Positions 56,692-64,000 of a DNA stretch of 64,000 nt are shown piece after piece. Every line of letters starts with the position of its first letter. The stretch's first letter is position 1. A model generated the notes under the pieces. That model did not search any database, was not told where the DNA came from, and was given only the letters and a program-made list of their open reading frames with translations. The position numbers and the translations under genes are program-made. Source of the stretch: a virus (taxonomy: Duplodnaviria > Caudoviricetes); the IMG/VR virus record IMGVR_UViG_3300025606_000003, positions 43,036 to 107,035 of that record; one strand, written 5' to 3'.

Positions 56692-57036
56692 TCATCGACT
56701 TGCGCGGCCCAGCTTACTCGCAAAATTACGCCGCGCAAGCCAAATTCTTGTCTGCCACGCCTCCATGCGGTGGCGCAGCCAGCGGCGAACGCGGCGATAT
56801 GGCGTGTTCATGCCATTCTTGGTCATGTAGGCGTGGGTGCACCACATGACTACTTCATCGCTGGCGCCGTCCAGCGTGGTGTTGCCGCACGACATGCACC
56901 GATGGCACGGCACATTTTGCACCGGAACGTCGTGCAGTGCGCCGTCGAGCCGAAGCTTCCAGGTATCGGTGAGCGTGCACTGCTCAATCCGACCCCCGCA
57001 GCGGTAACACTGCAGAGACTTGTAAGTTGCTGGCAT
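56692..57036 (-). CDS. YgiT/MqsA-type Zn-finger protein without HTH
   Basis: CYRCGG...VPVQNVPCHRCMSCG; GGAGG RBS. Confidence 0.7.
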   Translation of the reverse strand: MPATYKSLQCYRCGGRIEQCTLTDTWKLRLDGALHDVPVQNVPCHRCMSCGNTTLDGASDEVVMWCTHAYMTKNGMNTPYRRVRRWLRHRMEAWQTRIWLARRNFASKLGRASR

Positions 57037-57056
57037 GCAACCTCCCTTTTTTTAAA

Positions 57057-57140
57057 TGGCCGAGGCGGGAATCGAACCCGCACGGGATTACTCCCACGGG
57101 ATTTTAAATCCCGTGCGTCTGCCGGTTTCGCCACTCGGCC
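57057..57140 (-). tRNA. tRNA-Leu(UAA)
   Basis: Cloverleaf with long variable arm, loop TT-TAA-AA, GGTTCGATT. Confidence 0.92.
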
Positions 57141-57149
57141 CAAGGCCAG

Positions 57150-57223
57150 TGGGCGACAAGGGACTCGAACCCCTAACCCCCTCGGTGTAAACGAGGTGCT
57201 CTGACCAATTGAGCTAGTCGCCC
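57150..57223 (-). tRNA. tRNA-Val(UAC)
   Basis: Canonical cloverleaf, loop TT-TAC-AC. Confidence 0.92.
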
Positions 57224-57314
57224 GGAAGCGCGGCTGGTTGAAAAATGGCAACCATTTAACAAGTGTAACACCACGGGTTTTTACACCCTGCGAATCACTT
57301 GTGCACCGCGCGAT

Positions 57315-57389
57315 TGACCCCGTGGGGATTTGAACCCCAGTCCCCACCGTGAAAGGGTGGTGTCCTAGACCAGGCTAGACGACGGGGCC
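57315..57389 (-). tRNA. tRNA-Glu(UUC)
   Basis: Canonical cloverleaf, loop CT-TTC-AC. Confidence 0.92.
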
Positions 57390-57441
57390 GTGCGTACCAG
57401 AACTTAGCCGAAAAACAGCTAATATTCCAGTACATGGGACA

Positions 57442-57771
57442 TCACTTCCCAGCCTCGATAAGCTGGGAGAATCGCTTGAGCGCGTTCTCGACCAGCTCGC
57501 GGCACTCGGGGGTGCCGCGGAACCAGTCGGAGAACACGCCGCTGGACTTGGCCGCCATCCGACGACAGATGGCGAGCAGCTGCACCCGCTCTTCCAGTTG
57601 GAGCCGCCGGATGCTGACCGTGAGGAAGACTTCGTCTTCCATGGCCTCCGCCCGGCAGCCCTCCGGGATCTCTTCACCCAGCGGCCAGAACTGCACGATG
57701 ATCCAGGCCAGCCGCCGCAGGTACTCCCGCGTGTACTGCTGGCCGCGGGTCAGCTTCTTCGTCTTGGGCAT
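57442..57771 (-). CDS. Hypothetical protein
   Basis: GGAG RBS before MPKTKK. Confidence 0.6.
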   Translation of the reverse strand: MPKTKKLTRGQQYTREYLRRLAWIIVQFWPLGEEIPEGCRAEAMEDEVFLTVSIRRLQLEERVQLLAICRRMAAKSSGVFSDWFRGTPECRELVENALKRFSQLIEAGK

Positions 57772-57772
57772 T

Positions 57773-58417
57773 TTATTCTCCCAGTATCGCGATCTGCACC
57801 TCAGCCGGGAGCTGCTCGATTTTGCGGCGATTGATCGCCTCGTAATCATAGCCCGGCTCCTTGGTCTCTCCGTAATTCAACAGCCACAAAAAGGGCTGTT
57901 CTTTCCATTGCGCGAGAAACGCACCGTTCTCGCGCAGCCGCTTCAGGTGGGTCATCATCCCTTCGCGGCCGTCCGAGTGGCCGACCCAGACCCACTCGGG
58001 CTTGTCTCGGAAGCCGCCAGAGTGAACGAGCTTCCAGGCGTCCATAACTGGCACGCGGGGCGCCCAGTTGTAGTACACCGTCGACGAGTTCAGTGACGCG
58101 CCGAGATAGGATTCTGTTGTGATCAGAATTCCCTCGGGGTGCCACCAGATGCTGAACTCGTCCGGCTTCTCATAGACTTGGAATGTCTCGACAAACACTT
58201 TCTGAAAACCGTGGCGGCCAAGAATTTCCATCGTCGCGGCGTACGTGCTCTGACACGTATCGCCCAGGACGTCGAACACGTCCCGCTTGGCGCTGTTCAG
58301 AGCCTGCATCAAACCGAACGCGACATCCACCGCCGCGTCCGAGCCAACCGCCTTTTCAGCCACAGCGAGCGGGTCGATCGCCATGAGCTTTTCAGCATGC
58401 TTCTCGAGCTCGTTCAT
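57773..58417 (-). CDS. Hypothetical protein
   Basis: GGAG RBS, 214 aa. Confidence 0.7.
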   Translation of the reverse strand: MNELEKHAEKLMAIDPLAVAEKAVGSDAAVDVAFGLMQALNSAKRDVFDVLGDTCQSTYAATMEILGRHGFQKVFVETFQVYEKPDEFSIWWHPEGILITTESYLGASLNSSTVYYNWAPRVPVMDAWKLVHSGGFRDKPEWVWVGHSDGREGMMTHLKRLRENGAFLAQWKEQPFLWLLNYGETKEPGYDYEAINRRKIEQLPAEVQIAILGE

Positions 58418-58437
58418 TTGCTATTTGCTCTCCAGGT

Positions 58438-58481
58438 AAGAAAGGGCGGGCGCCCAGGATGTTCACCCCAGGCGCCCGCCC
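58438..58481 (-). terminator. Intrinsic terminator-like hairpin
   Basis: GGGCGGGCGCC/GGCGCCCGCCC stem followed by TTTCTT. Confidence 0.55.
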
Positions 58482-58533
58482 CGAAAGATCTGCGTCATTG
58501 GCGCCACCGGGTTCCCCAGCAGCGCCTAGCAGA

Positions 58534-58842
58534 TCACCTCCAACTTCTGACGCGATACCATCGACCATCCGGCCCTTGCGCCGCCGCGTCGCCGGTAAGG
58601 CGCATCGGCCTCGACGGCGTGCATGTGTTGCAGTTCGGCGAACTGCCCCTGCCGACGCCTTCGAAACTGCCGATACAGCTTCCGACGTGCCCGCAAAACC
58701 GGCGTGAGGCCATGATGTTGGCCTCTTGCTGGCACCGGGCCTGGTCGTCACCCCGGTAGGTCGTGTACTGCCTTGGTGCCGCCTCAGCCACTCCGTTGCC
58801 GAGCACCGCCAGTGCCATCAACACGCAAAATCCGCGAATCAT
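58534..58842 (-). CDS. Small secreted Cys-rich protein (minimal CAP-like)
   Basis: Signal peptide; A..MA.....GH, EGVG, G.DGRWY..R.W. Confidence 0.6.
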   Translation of the reverse strand: MIRGFCVLMALAVLGNGVAEAAPRQYTTYRGDDQARCQQEANIMASRRFCGHVGSCIGSFEGVGRGSSPNCNTCTPSRPMRLTGDAAAQGPDGRWYRVRSWR

Positions 58843-58950
58843 AAACTACCCTCCTTGAGGAACCATCGAAACGTCTGCCGCCGCGCGGCAAACGGAACGG
58901 GCAGGCGGGGGACGAGCCCGACGCGCCATGTTGCGCCCTGCCCGGAAACA

Positions 58951-59481
58951 TCACGTGGCGGGTGACCAGGTGGCCGCGACCACCTTGGGGTCGTAACACC
59001 CCAGCATTTGCGCCACCCTCGTCGCGGCCGTGCGCGCCCAGTCGTCCGGGTCATACCCGAACCCCGGGGTTTGCTCACGGTCGGCCTCGACGACCACCGT
59101 GATCAGCACCTTCTCTCGCCGCGGCCGTTCGAGCTCGGCAACCTTGGTCCGCAGCCGCTCGATTTCCTCGACCACCGCGTCCTGCAAGAAGACGCCGTCG
59201 ACCACTGCGTCGCACTGCGCGCAGTAGTCAAACTTCTTGATCTGCTCGAGCACGTCGAGCGCCGGCGGCGTTTCCGCCATCGGCGCTGCGGGTAAAAATC
59301 CGTGCGGCGCGGTGACACTCACGGCCGCGCCGTCGGCGACGCGGGCGGCCGGGTCGGCGACATTCTCGCCGTTGACGTACACCCGCCCCGTCACGATCAA
59401 CTTTCTGGCGGTCGACGTGTCGCAGCCCCGCCGAATTGCGACGACGTCAACCAACGGTGTCGTTTCAGTTTCCATTGTCAT
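58951..59481 (-). CDS. S4 RNA-binding domain protein
   Basis: STARKLIVTGRVYVNGENVADPAARV S4 signature, then CAQC and a coiled coil. Confidence 0.7.
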   Translation of the reverse strand: MTMETETTPLVDVVAIRRGCDTSTARKLIVTGRVYVNGENVADPAARVADGAAVSVTAPHGFLPAAPMAETPPALDVLEQIKKFDYCAQCDAVVDGVFLQDAVVEEIERLRTKVAELERPRREKVLITVVVEADREQTPGFGYDPDDWARTAATRVAQMLGCYDPKVVAATWSPAT

Positions 59482-59650
59482 CTTCGTTTTCCTCCAACTG
59501 CGTAGTTAGAACATCGGCCATGAACGCACAGGCGAACATGCAGCCGAACGCGGACAACAGCGCCGCGAAATCGTTGTCGGCTGTAACGTAGCCGAAAACG
59601 CCGCCGAGCAAGCCGGCAGTGCTGGTTATGCAATGCTTAACGCAGTGCAC
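59465..59650 (-). CDS. Small two-TM protein
   Basis: AGGAGGAG before GTG; hydrophobic. Confidence 0.5.
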   Translation of the reverse strand: MHCVKHCITSTAGLLGGVFGYVTADNDFAALLSAFGCMFACAFMADVLTTQLEENEDDNGN

Positions 59651-59894
59651 GAGCTCCTCCTTGAGCCAGTTGTAGTTGCGGCTGCGGCTGGTTTGTCCAC
59701 ACCAGCCACACGCCGTTCTCGAACTTCCACCACGCGCCGGCGTGGTAGACGCAGTTAGCTTGCCCCACTTCGGGAGGCGCGGGCGCAATAGCGATTGGCG
59801 ACGGCCGGCGGACCTGCTGCGCAAACTGCAGACTCCGTTCAGCCAACGGCAAAACCGCGGACAAAATCGTCAAAACTGTAAGAATCAGATTCAT
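59637..59894 (-). CDS. Small secreted or anchored protein
   Basis: AAGGAGG RBS; YHAGAWWKFENGVWLVW. Confidence 0.6.
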   Translation of the reverse strand: MNLILTVLTILSAVLPLAERSLQFAQQVRRPSPIAIAPAPPEVGQANCVYHAGAWWKFENGVWLVWTNQPQPQLQLAQGGARALR

Positions 59895-59917
59895 GTGCCC
59901 CTCCTTGGGATAGATAT

Positions 59918-60169
59918 CTATCTCGGCATTGTTTGGGCGCCGAGTTTCCCAGATGCCCAATTATCTTGGACGTATGCCAAGAAAATGTGGATCGCCTCTA
60001 TGCTGTTCGTGTAGAACGGATCAACATCTGTGCCGGCGATTTTCTTCGCCAACTCCGGGTTTACGTCGTATAGGGCGTTGAAATAAGCCTGCCCAAGCCG
60101 ACAGTGCTTACGATGCCGGTCGTAGTGCGCGATGGCCTCGCGCACATAATCCTGATAGGAGGCGGGCAT
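59918..60169 (-). CDS. Hypothetical phage protein (RLGQAYFNAL..DPFY)
   Basis: Motif recurrent in small phage proteins; GGAG RBS. Confidence 0.65.
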   Translation of the reverse strand: MPASYQDYVREAIAHYDRHRKHCRLGQAYFNALYDVNPELAKKIAGTDVDPFYTNSIEAIHIFLAYVQDNWASGKLGAQTMPR

Positions 60170-60178
60170 TTTTGCTCC

Positions 60179-60688
60179 CTAGTTTGGATTGAAGCTGGCA
60201 GTGCGTCCGTCGTAGACGAACTGTTTGATCTCAACGCGGGCCGATGGCTTTTCGGCGTCGTGACGAGCTCGAACTTCTGCCAGCCGCTCCGCGATCTCGG
60301 CCAGTTCCTCCGGGCCGGGATCTTCAAGCGAATCAAGTTTGCAGCGCGGCTTGCGGCATTTGCGCTGTTTGTCGGCCCACGCCATTGGGCCCTCGATTTT
60401 TTCAAACAGGCGCTTGCGCGACCAGTTCACGGCAGCCGCAGCCGCCGTCGAGCTGATTCCGTGTTCGAACAGGAATCGGCCCCACACAAGAGCCAGCGGC
60501 GCGGCGAGCAGATACGCACCGGCCATTTGGTGCGGCGAGTTGTCCTTGTCGTGGCGCTCGAGCCACGTCAGGATCTCCCGTGCGTCTTCGACCGGCACGC
60601 CAGCGGCGACTGCTGCATGGTGCACAGCGCGCGTCTGGTTAAACGCGCGCACCAACTCCTTTGCCTTTTTCAGGCTGTACGCTTTCAT
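60179..60688 (-). CDS. Hypothetical protein
   Basis: AAGGAG RBS behind promoter copy 4. Confidence 0.65.
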   Translation of the reverse strand: MKAYSLKKAKELVRAFNQTRAVHHAAVAAGVPVEDAREILTWLERHDKDNSPHQMAGAYLLAAPLALVWGRFLFEHGISSTAAAAAVNWSRKRLFEKIEGPMAWADKQRKCRKPRCKLDSLEDPGPEELAEIAERLAEVRARHDAEKPSARVEIKQFVYDGRTASFNPN

Positions 60689-60745
60689 GCGTACACGCTC
60701 CTTTCGTTCCTTGAAAAGCCCCAGAAAAAGCCACGCGGGGCAAGT

Positions 60746-60775
60746 AATATGCCCTGAAAACGGCGGCAGTTTAGC
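60746..60775 (-). promoter_or_regulatory. Repeated promoter, copy 4
   Basis: GCTAAACT-N14-GGCATATT. Confidence 0.7.
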
Positions 60776-61961
60776 TGACCGTTGGCGGCGATGGAAGAGT
60801 GCCGGTCACGTCCGCCACAAAAGCTTGCGCCTCTGGGCCGGTTGGGCCGCGGAACGGCATTCTGGGGGCATCAGGCGGAGCAGGTAACGTGTACCAACCT
60901 TCTTCGTGCAGCTCGTCCAGCTGCCGAAACACAGCGTCGTACTCAACGCCGCACTGGCGCAGGCTGTATCTCGCTCGCGCCGCTTCAGCAATCTTCTTGC
61001 GGTCAAGCTTTTGGACAGCGTTGATCGCGCCCAGCCATTGTTTAAGCACGTGACACCGGTAACCGTTGAAGCCGGGCTGCACGGTTTCAGTGAATGCGCC
61101 AAAGTCTGACGCGATTAATGGCGTGCCGCACAGTAGCCCCTCGACACCAGCGCCTCCGAACGGTTCTACGAATTGCGTCGGCATCAGCTGGCAGTACGCG
61201 TTGCGCAAGAACTCGCTACGCTCTTTGCCCTTGAGCGGCCCCACGTATTCGATGTTTGGGTGGGCCCACGGCGTCGGGTCGCCTTGGCCGGCAATCTTGA
61301 CCGGCATGTTGACGCGCCGGGCAATCTGCAGCACCGTGTCGAGGCCCTTGGCGGCTGTAATACGGCCCATGAACGCGATGTAGCCGCCCGGCTTGTCACT
61401 GGGCTCCCAATCGTCAATGTCGAAGTAGTTGGGAATCACCCATTCGTAGTTCTGGCCTTTTCGCTTTTCTTTGCCCTGGTGATAGTGCATCCAGGCGTAA
61501 CTTTCAAAGATCTTAAAAGCGCCGGGCAGCAGCTCAGGGTAGCCGATCCCGGTTTCCACGTGAATGTGGTTTGGAAACTCGTTCACCAGCTGCGCGTGCG
61601 CCATGCCAAACGGGTGGCAGATGATATCGCGGCGGTCCAACCGTTCACGCAACGCCGGAAAAAGCTTGGCTTCAAATGCCGCGTGCCACTCGCTGCCAAC
61701 CTGCGCAGTGTCGCCGTGAAACTTGTTGCCGCCCTGCTTGTCGCCGATGTAGCTTTGGAGCTCAGCCTGCGACAGCATTGGCACTTTGACCTGCGCCTCG
61801 CTTTCGCTGCCTTCGTTGGCGTACTCGATGACAGGGTAGTCATACTCCTGCATCATCTTGGAAAAGCGCAGGGCTTTCCCAGTGAATGCGCAGTGAGAGT
61901 ATTCCTGACTGTGTACCGTGTGAAAGATACCCAGCAGGTGCAGCGTGGGTTTCAGCGGCAT
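60771..61961 (-). CDS. Glycosyltransferase family 4 (GT-B)
   Basis: FMGRITAAKG, EPFGGAGVEGLLCGTPLI. Confidence 0.88.
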   Translation of the reverse strand: MPLKPTLHLLGIFHTVHSQEYSHCAFTGKALRFSKMMQEYDYPVIEYANEGSESEAQVKVPMLSQAELQSYIGDKQGGNKFHGDTAQVGSEWHAAFEAKLFPALRERLDRRDIICHPFGMAHAQLVNEFPNHIHVETGIGYPELLPGAFKIFESYAWMHYHQGKEKRKGQNYEWVIPNYFDIDDWEPSDKPGGYIAFMGRITAAKGLDTVLQIARRVNMPVKIAGQGDPTPWAHPNIEYVGPLKGKERSEFLRNAYCQLMPTQFVEPFGGAGVEGLLCGTPLIASDFGAFTETVQPGFNGYRCHVLKQWLGAINAVQKLDRKKIAEAARARYSLRQCGVEYDAVFRQLDELHEEGWYTLPAPPDAPRMPFRGPTGPEAQAFVADVTGTLPSPPTVS

Positions 61962-61971
61962 GATGGGCTCG

Positions 61972-62340
61972 TTACTCCGAGAACGGCAGATCTAACTGTG
62001 TCGATAAATCTGGTTGCGTAACAAACCGGGCTTTTGGCTTACTGTTGGGTACATACAGCACGTAAGCCTGATCCGGCCCAAACCGAAAAACAACGTCGTT
62101 CTCGGCGACAGGTTCCGGCTTTATGTCGCGATTCAGCAGTTTTCGCAACATGTTGTTTTCAATTACTAGTGCAGCAATCTGCTCAGCCAGCGCTCGGACA
62201 GAGTCGTTGGGCCACGGAATCAGATTTTTCAGGCCTGTCTGCGCTACAGAAAGCAGCTGCGTAACCACCCAGTCAGGCAAGCTAACCATTTCAGCGCGCG
62301 GCAAGTTATTTTGACAGCAACCTTCTTTTTTGCAGGCCAT
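61972..62340 (-). CDS. Hypothetical protein
   Basis: Start MACKKEG follows the tdk stop. Confidence 0.55.
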   Translation of the reverse strand: MACKKEGCCQNNLPRAEMVSLPDWVVTQLLSVAQTGLKNLIPWPNDSVRALAEQIAALVIENNMLRKLLNRDIKPEPVAENDVVFRFGPDQAYVLYVPNSKPKARFVTQPDLSTQLDLPFSE

Positions 62341-62383
62341 GATTCTTTCTTTCGTAGCGAATAGCTGCGCCAAAAAGCCAAGC

Positions 62384-63016
62384 TTACACGATAACTGTTT
62401 TAGCTGCTTGAAGCCTGGCGCGGTTTGCTTTCCAGTGCTGCTCTTGATAACACGCCGCACAAGTTGCCACGTATTTGTCTTCAAAACCGAGTTCAACTGA
62501 AGGGCCGTCTAAGCTGGCCAGCCCATCGACTAGCTTGAGATTAAAAATGGCTTTGGATTCGCAGTAGTGACAGATCGTTTTGATCTCTTCAATTGAATCG
62601 GCCAGTTCCATGAGCCGTTGCGCTGCCGGGAACGCCTGCCGACGGAAATCCGTGCGCAGGCCGTAGCAGATCACCGGAATGCCGCGCCGGTTGTAGGGCC
62701 GGTAGGTACACGCGTGCGCCAGGCTCGAGAACTGGTCAATGCAGTCAGGATGCAAAAACTGCGCCTCGTCGACCAGCACGCATGCCGTGTCTTCTGGAAA
62801 CTCAAAAGATATCTTTGCGCCGTCAGGGACCAAGATATCTGCGTGCTCGCGCAAACCGGCCCGGGTCGCAATCCATTCAACACCAGAGCGGGTGTCTGTT
62901 GCTGGCTTGACCAAAATCACCCGTTTGCCCTGCTGTCGGTAGTTATGCGCCACAGCTAGCAGGTTTAGCGTCTTGGCTGAGTTCACAGTGCCGTACCGAA
63001 AATACAGCTTTGCCAT
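62384..63016 (-). CDS. tdk: Thymidine kinase
   Basis: YGTVNSAKT, LVDEAQF, YGLRTDF, C..C Zn sites. Confidence 0.93.
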   Translation of the reverse strand: MAKLYFRYGTVNSAKTLNLLAVAHNYRQQGKRVILVKPATDTRSGVEWIATRAGLREHADILVPDGAKISFEFPEDTACVLVDEAQFLHPDCIDQFSSLAHACTYRPYNRRGIPVICYGLRTDFRRQAFPAAQRLMELADSIEEIKTICHYCESKAIFNLKLVDGLASLDGPSVELGFEDKYVATCAACYQEQHWKANRARLQAAKTVIV

Positions 63017-63119
63017 TACCGGCTTTCTATGCAGTAAACGAGCAGCGCGGCCAAAGAAAAACCGAGCATAAAAGCACACAAATGCGGCCACACCAGCCGG
63101 AAAACGATTTCGTCCATGG

Positions 63120-63551
63120 TTAATCCGCAGGAAACCAGAACTGCTCAGGCAGCAAATTACCCAGTGTAAATTCTGCTGTTTCGCCGAAGTGATACAGGTT
63201 GTCCAGCAGAATTTCGGTGGTCAGGCTACCGAATTCAGCCATGACCTGCAAGCACGCGCCGCACGGCATACAGCCAGTCCGCGGATCGCCGCGTTCGTCG
63301 ACGCGTGAAATAGCCACGTGCGTGAGTTTGAGCGTTTTGATTTCTGCCCGGCGTAGCGACACCGCGTGACAAATTGCTACGCGCTCAGAACAAATCGTTG
63401 AACCGTAAGCCGCGTTCTCGACGTTGGCGCCGGTGTAGATCTCCGGGTCGTTTTCAAACTTGAGCGCGCAGCCAAACCGAACATTTGAATAGGGCGCGTA
63501 AGCCCCGGTAGCGGCTTTGCGGGCAGCAGCGATCAACGGCGACAGCGTCAT
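63120..63551 (-). CDS. cdd: Cytidine deaminase
   Basis: AYAPYS, GANVENAAY, ICSER, PCGAC. Confidence 0.92.
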   Translation of the reverse strand: MTLSPLIAAARKAATGAYAPYSNVRFGCALKFENDPEIYTGANVENAAYGSTICSERVAICHAVSLRRAEIKTLKLTHVAISRVDERGDPRTGCMPCGACLQVMAEFGSLTTEILLDNLYHFGETAEFTLGNLLPEQFWFPAD

Positions 63552-63826
63552 TGCGTTTGGTCTTCCTGAATTACTTGTTGTTCTACCGGCACAAACTGAT
63601 CAAGTTCTTCGTCGTAGCGCATGCCGATACTCGCGTAATTTCCGCGAAACGGAATGCCGCCTTTCGTGTGTTCGCCATTAAGTGTGTTGTAAGAAGTTCG
63701 CAGGCACCGCAGGCCACGAAACTCGGAGTAGTGCTGCTCCCAGTCGATGCCAAGCTCGCCTTCGTCTCGGCCGACGATCACCTCCACCACGTTGCCGTCT
63801 GCGTCAACGAATGCGTAGTGAGCCAT
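63548..63826 (-). CDS. Small phage protein (MAHYA...RTSYN..FRGNYA family)
   Basis: Motif family usually found after Gly-rich tail proteins. Confidence 0.7.
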   Translation of the reverse strand: MAHYAFVDADGNVVEVIVGRDEGELGIDWEQHYSEFRGLRCLRTSYNTLNGEHTKGGIPFRGNYASIGMRYDEELDQFVPVEQQVIQEDQTQ

Positions 63827-63833
63827 GCTTGCC

Positions 63834-64000
63834 TCAAGAAAACGTGACCGTGCCGGTGCCTGCCGTGAACGTGACGATTGCGTCCGAGCCAGAGAATTGC
63901 GTCGTGTAGGTCAAGCCGGAGGTAGCTGTCATCAGCAGCGCGTTGTTGAACCTCACAATTACAACACCGCTGCCGCCGTTGCCGCCCGAGCTACCGTTGC
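63834..64000 (-). CDS. Gly-rich tail-type protein, C-terminal end (partial)
   Basis: GGNGGSGVVIVRF...FTAGTGTVTFS-stop. Confidence 0.65.
   Translation of the reverse strand, partial: NGSSGGNGGSGVVIVRFNNALLMTATSGLTYTTQFSGSDAIVTFTAGTGTVTFS

Noticed and set aside
55701-57347. ORFs 55701-56033, 55847-56080, 56557-57204 and 56850-57347
   Set aside because: They overlap the tmRNA and tRNA genes and are spurious.
466-62816. GATATC as merely an EcoRV-type restriction site, or the palindrome as a promoter
   Set aside because: Restriction sites would be depleted, not enriched with AT flanks; about half the copies lie inside genes, which does not fit a promoter.
1-64000. CRISPR array or stop-codon reassignment
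   Set aside because: No repeat-spacer array was seen; genes are full length in the standard code and use TAA, TAG and TGA as stops.

Overview
A 64 kb slice of a large (jumbo-type) GC-rich phage genome. Essentially every real gene is on the minus strand. The host is probably a planctomycete (DUF1559-type prepilin N-terminus, PGBD-matrixin and papain-like proteins, CsrA-type hairpins; inference). Left part: tail-fibre-like genes and a phage multisubunit RNA polymerase built as a beta/beta'-N fusion (with a LAGLIDADG intein) plus a separate beta'-C chain, embedded among putative internal virion proteins. Next come a holin/protease lysis-like block, an actin-like ATPase, a glycosyl/methyltransferase cluster, ferritin and PhoH. 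These are followed by several long modular polyprotein-like virion proteins punctuated by K-x-A motifs, one carrying a SNF2 helicase; a similar protein further left carries a 2H phosphoesterase. Right part: small early-type genes behind a repeated GCTAAA-N16-GGCATAT promoter, a tmRNA, 5 tRNAs, GT4, thymidine kinase and cytidine deaminase. The most striking unexplained signals are (1) a palindrome WWWGATATCWWW found 19 times about every 3-4 kb, in and between genes, one copy abutting the start of the actin operon; (2) K-x-A-delimited multi-enzyme virion polyproteins; (3) CANGGANG hairpins over many ribosome-binding sites; (4) a ~340-nt structured orphan RNA with a kissing-loop next to a PD-(D/E)XK nuclease. 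All calls come from motif recognition by eye; no searches were run.
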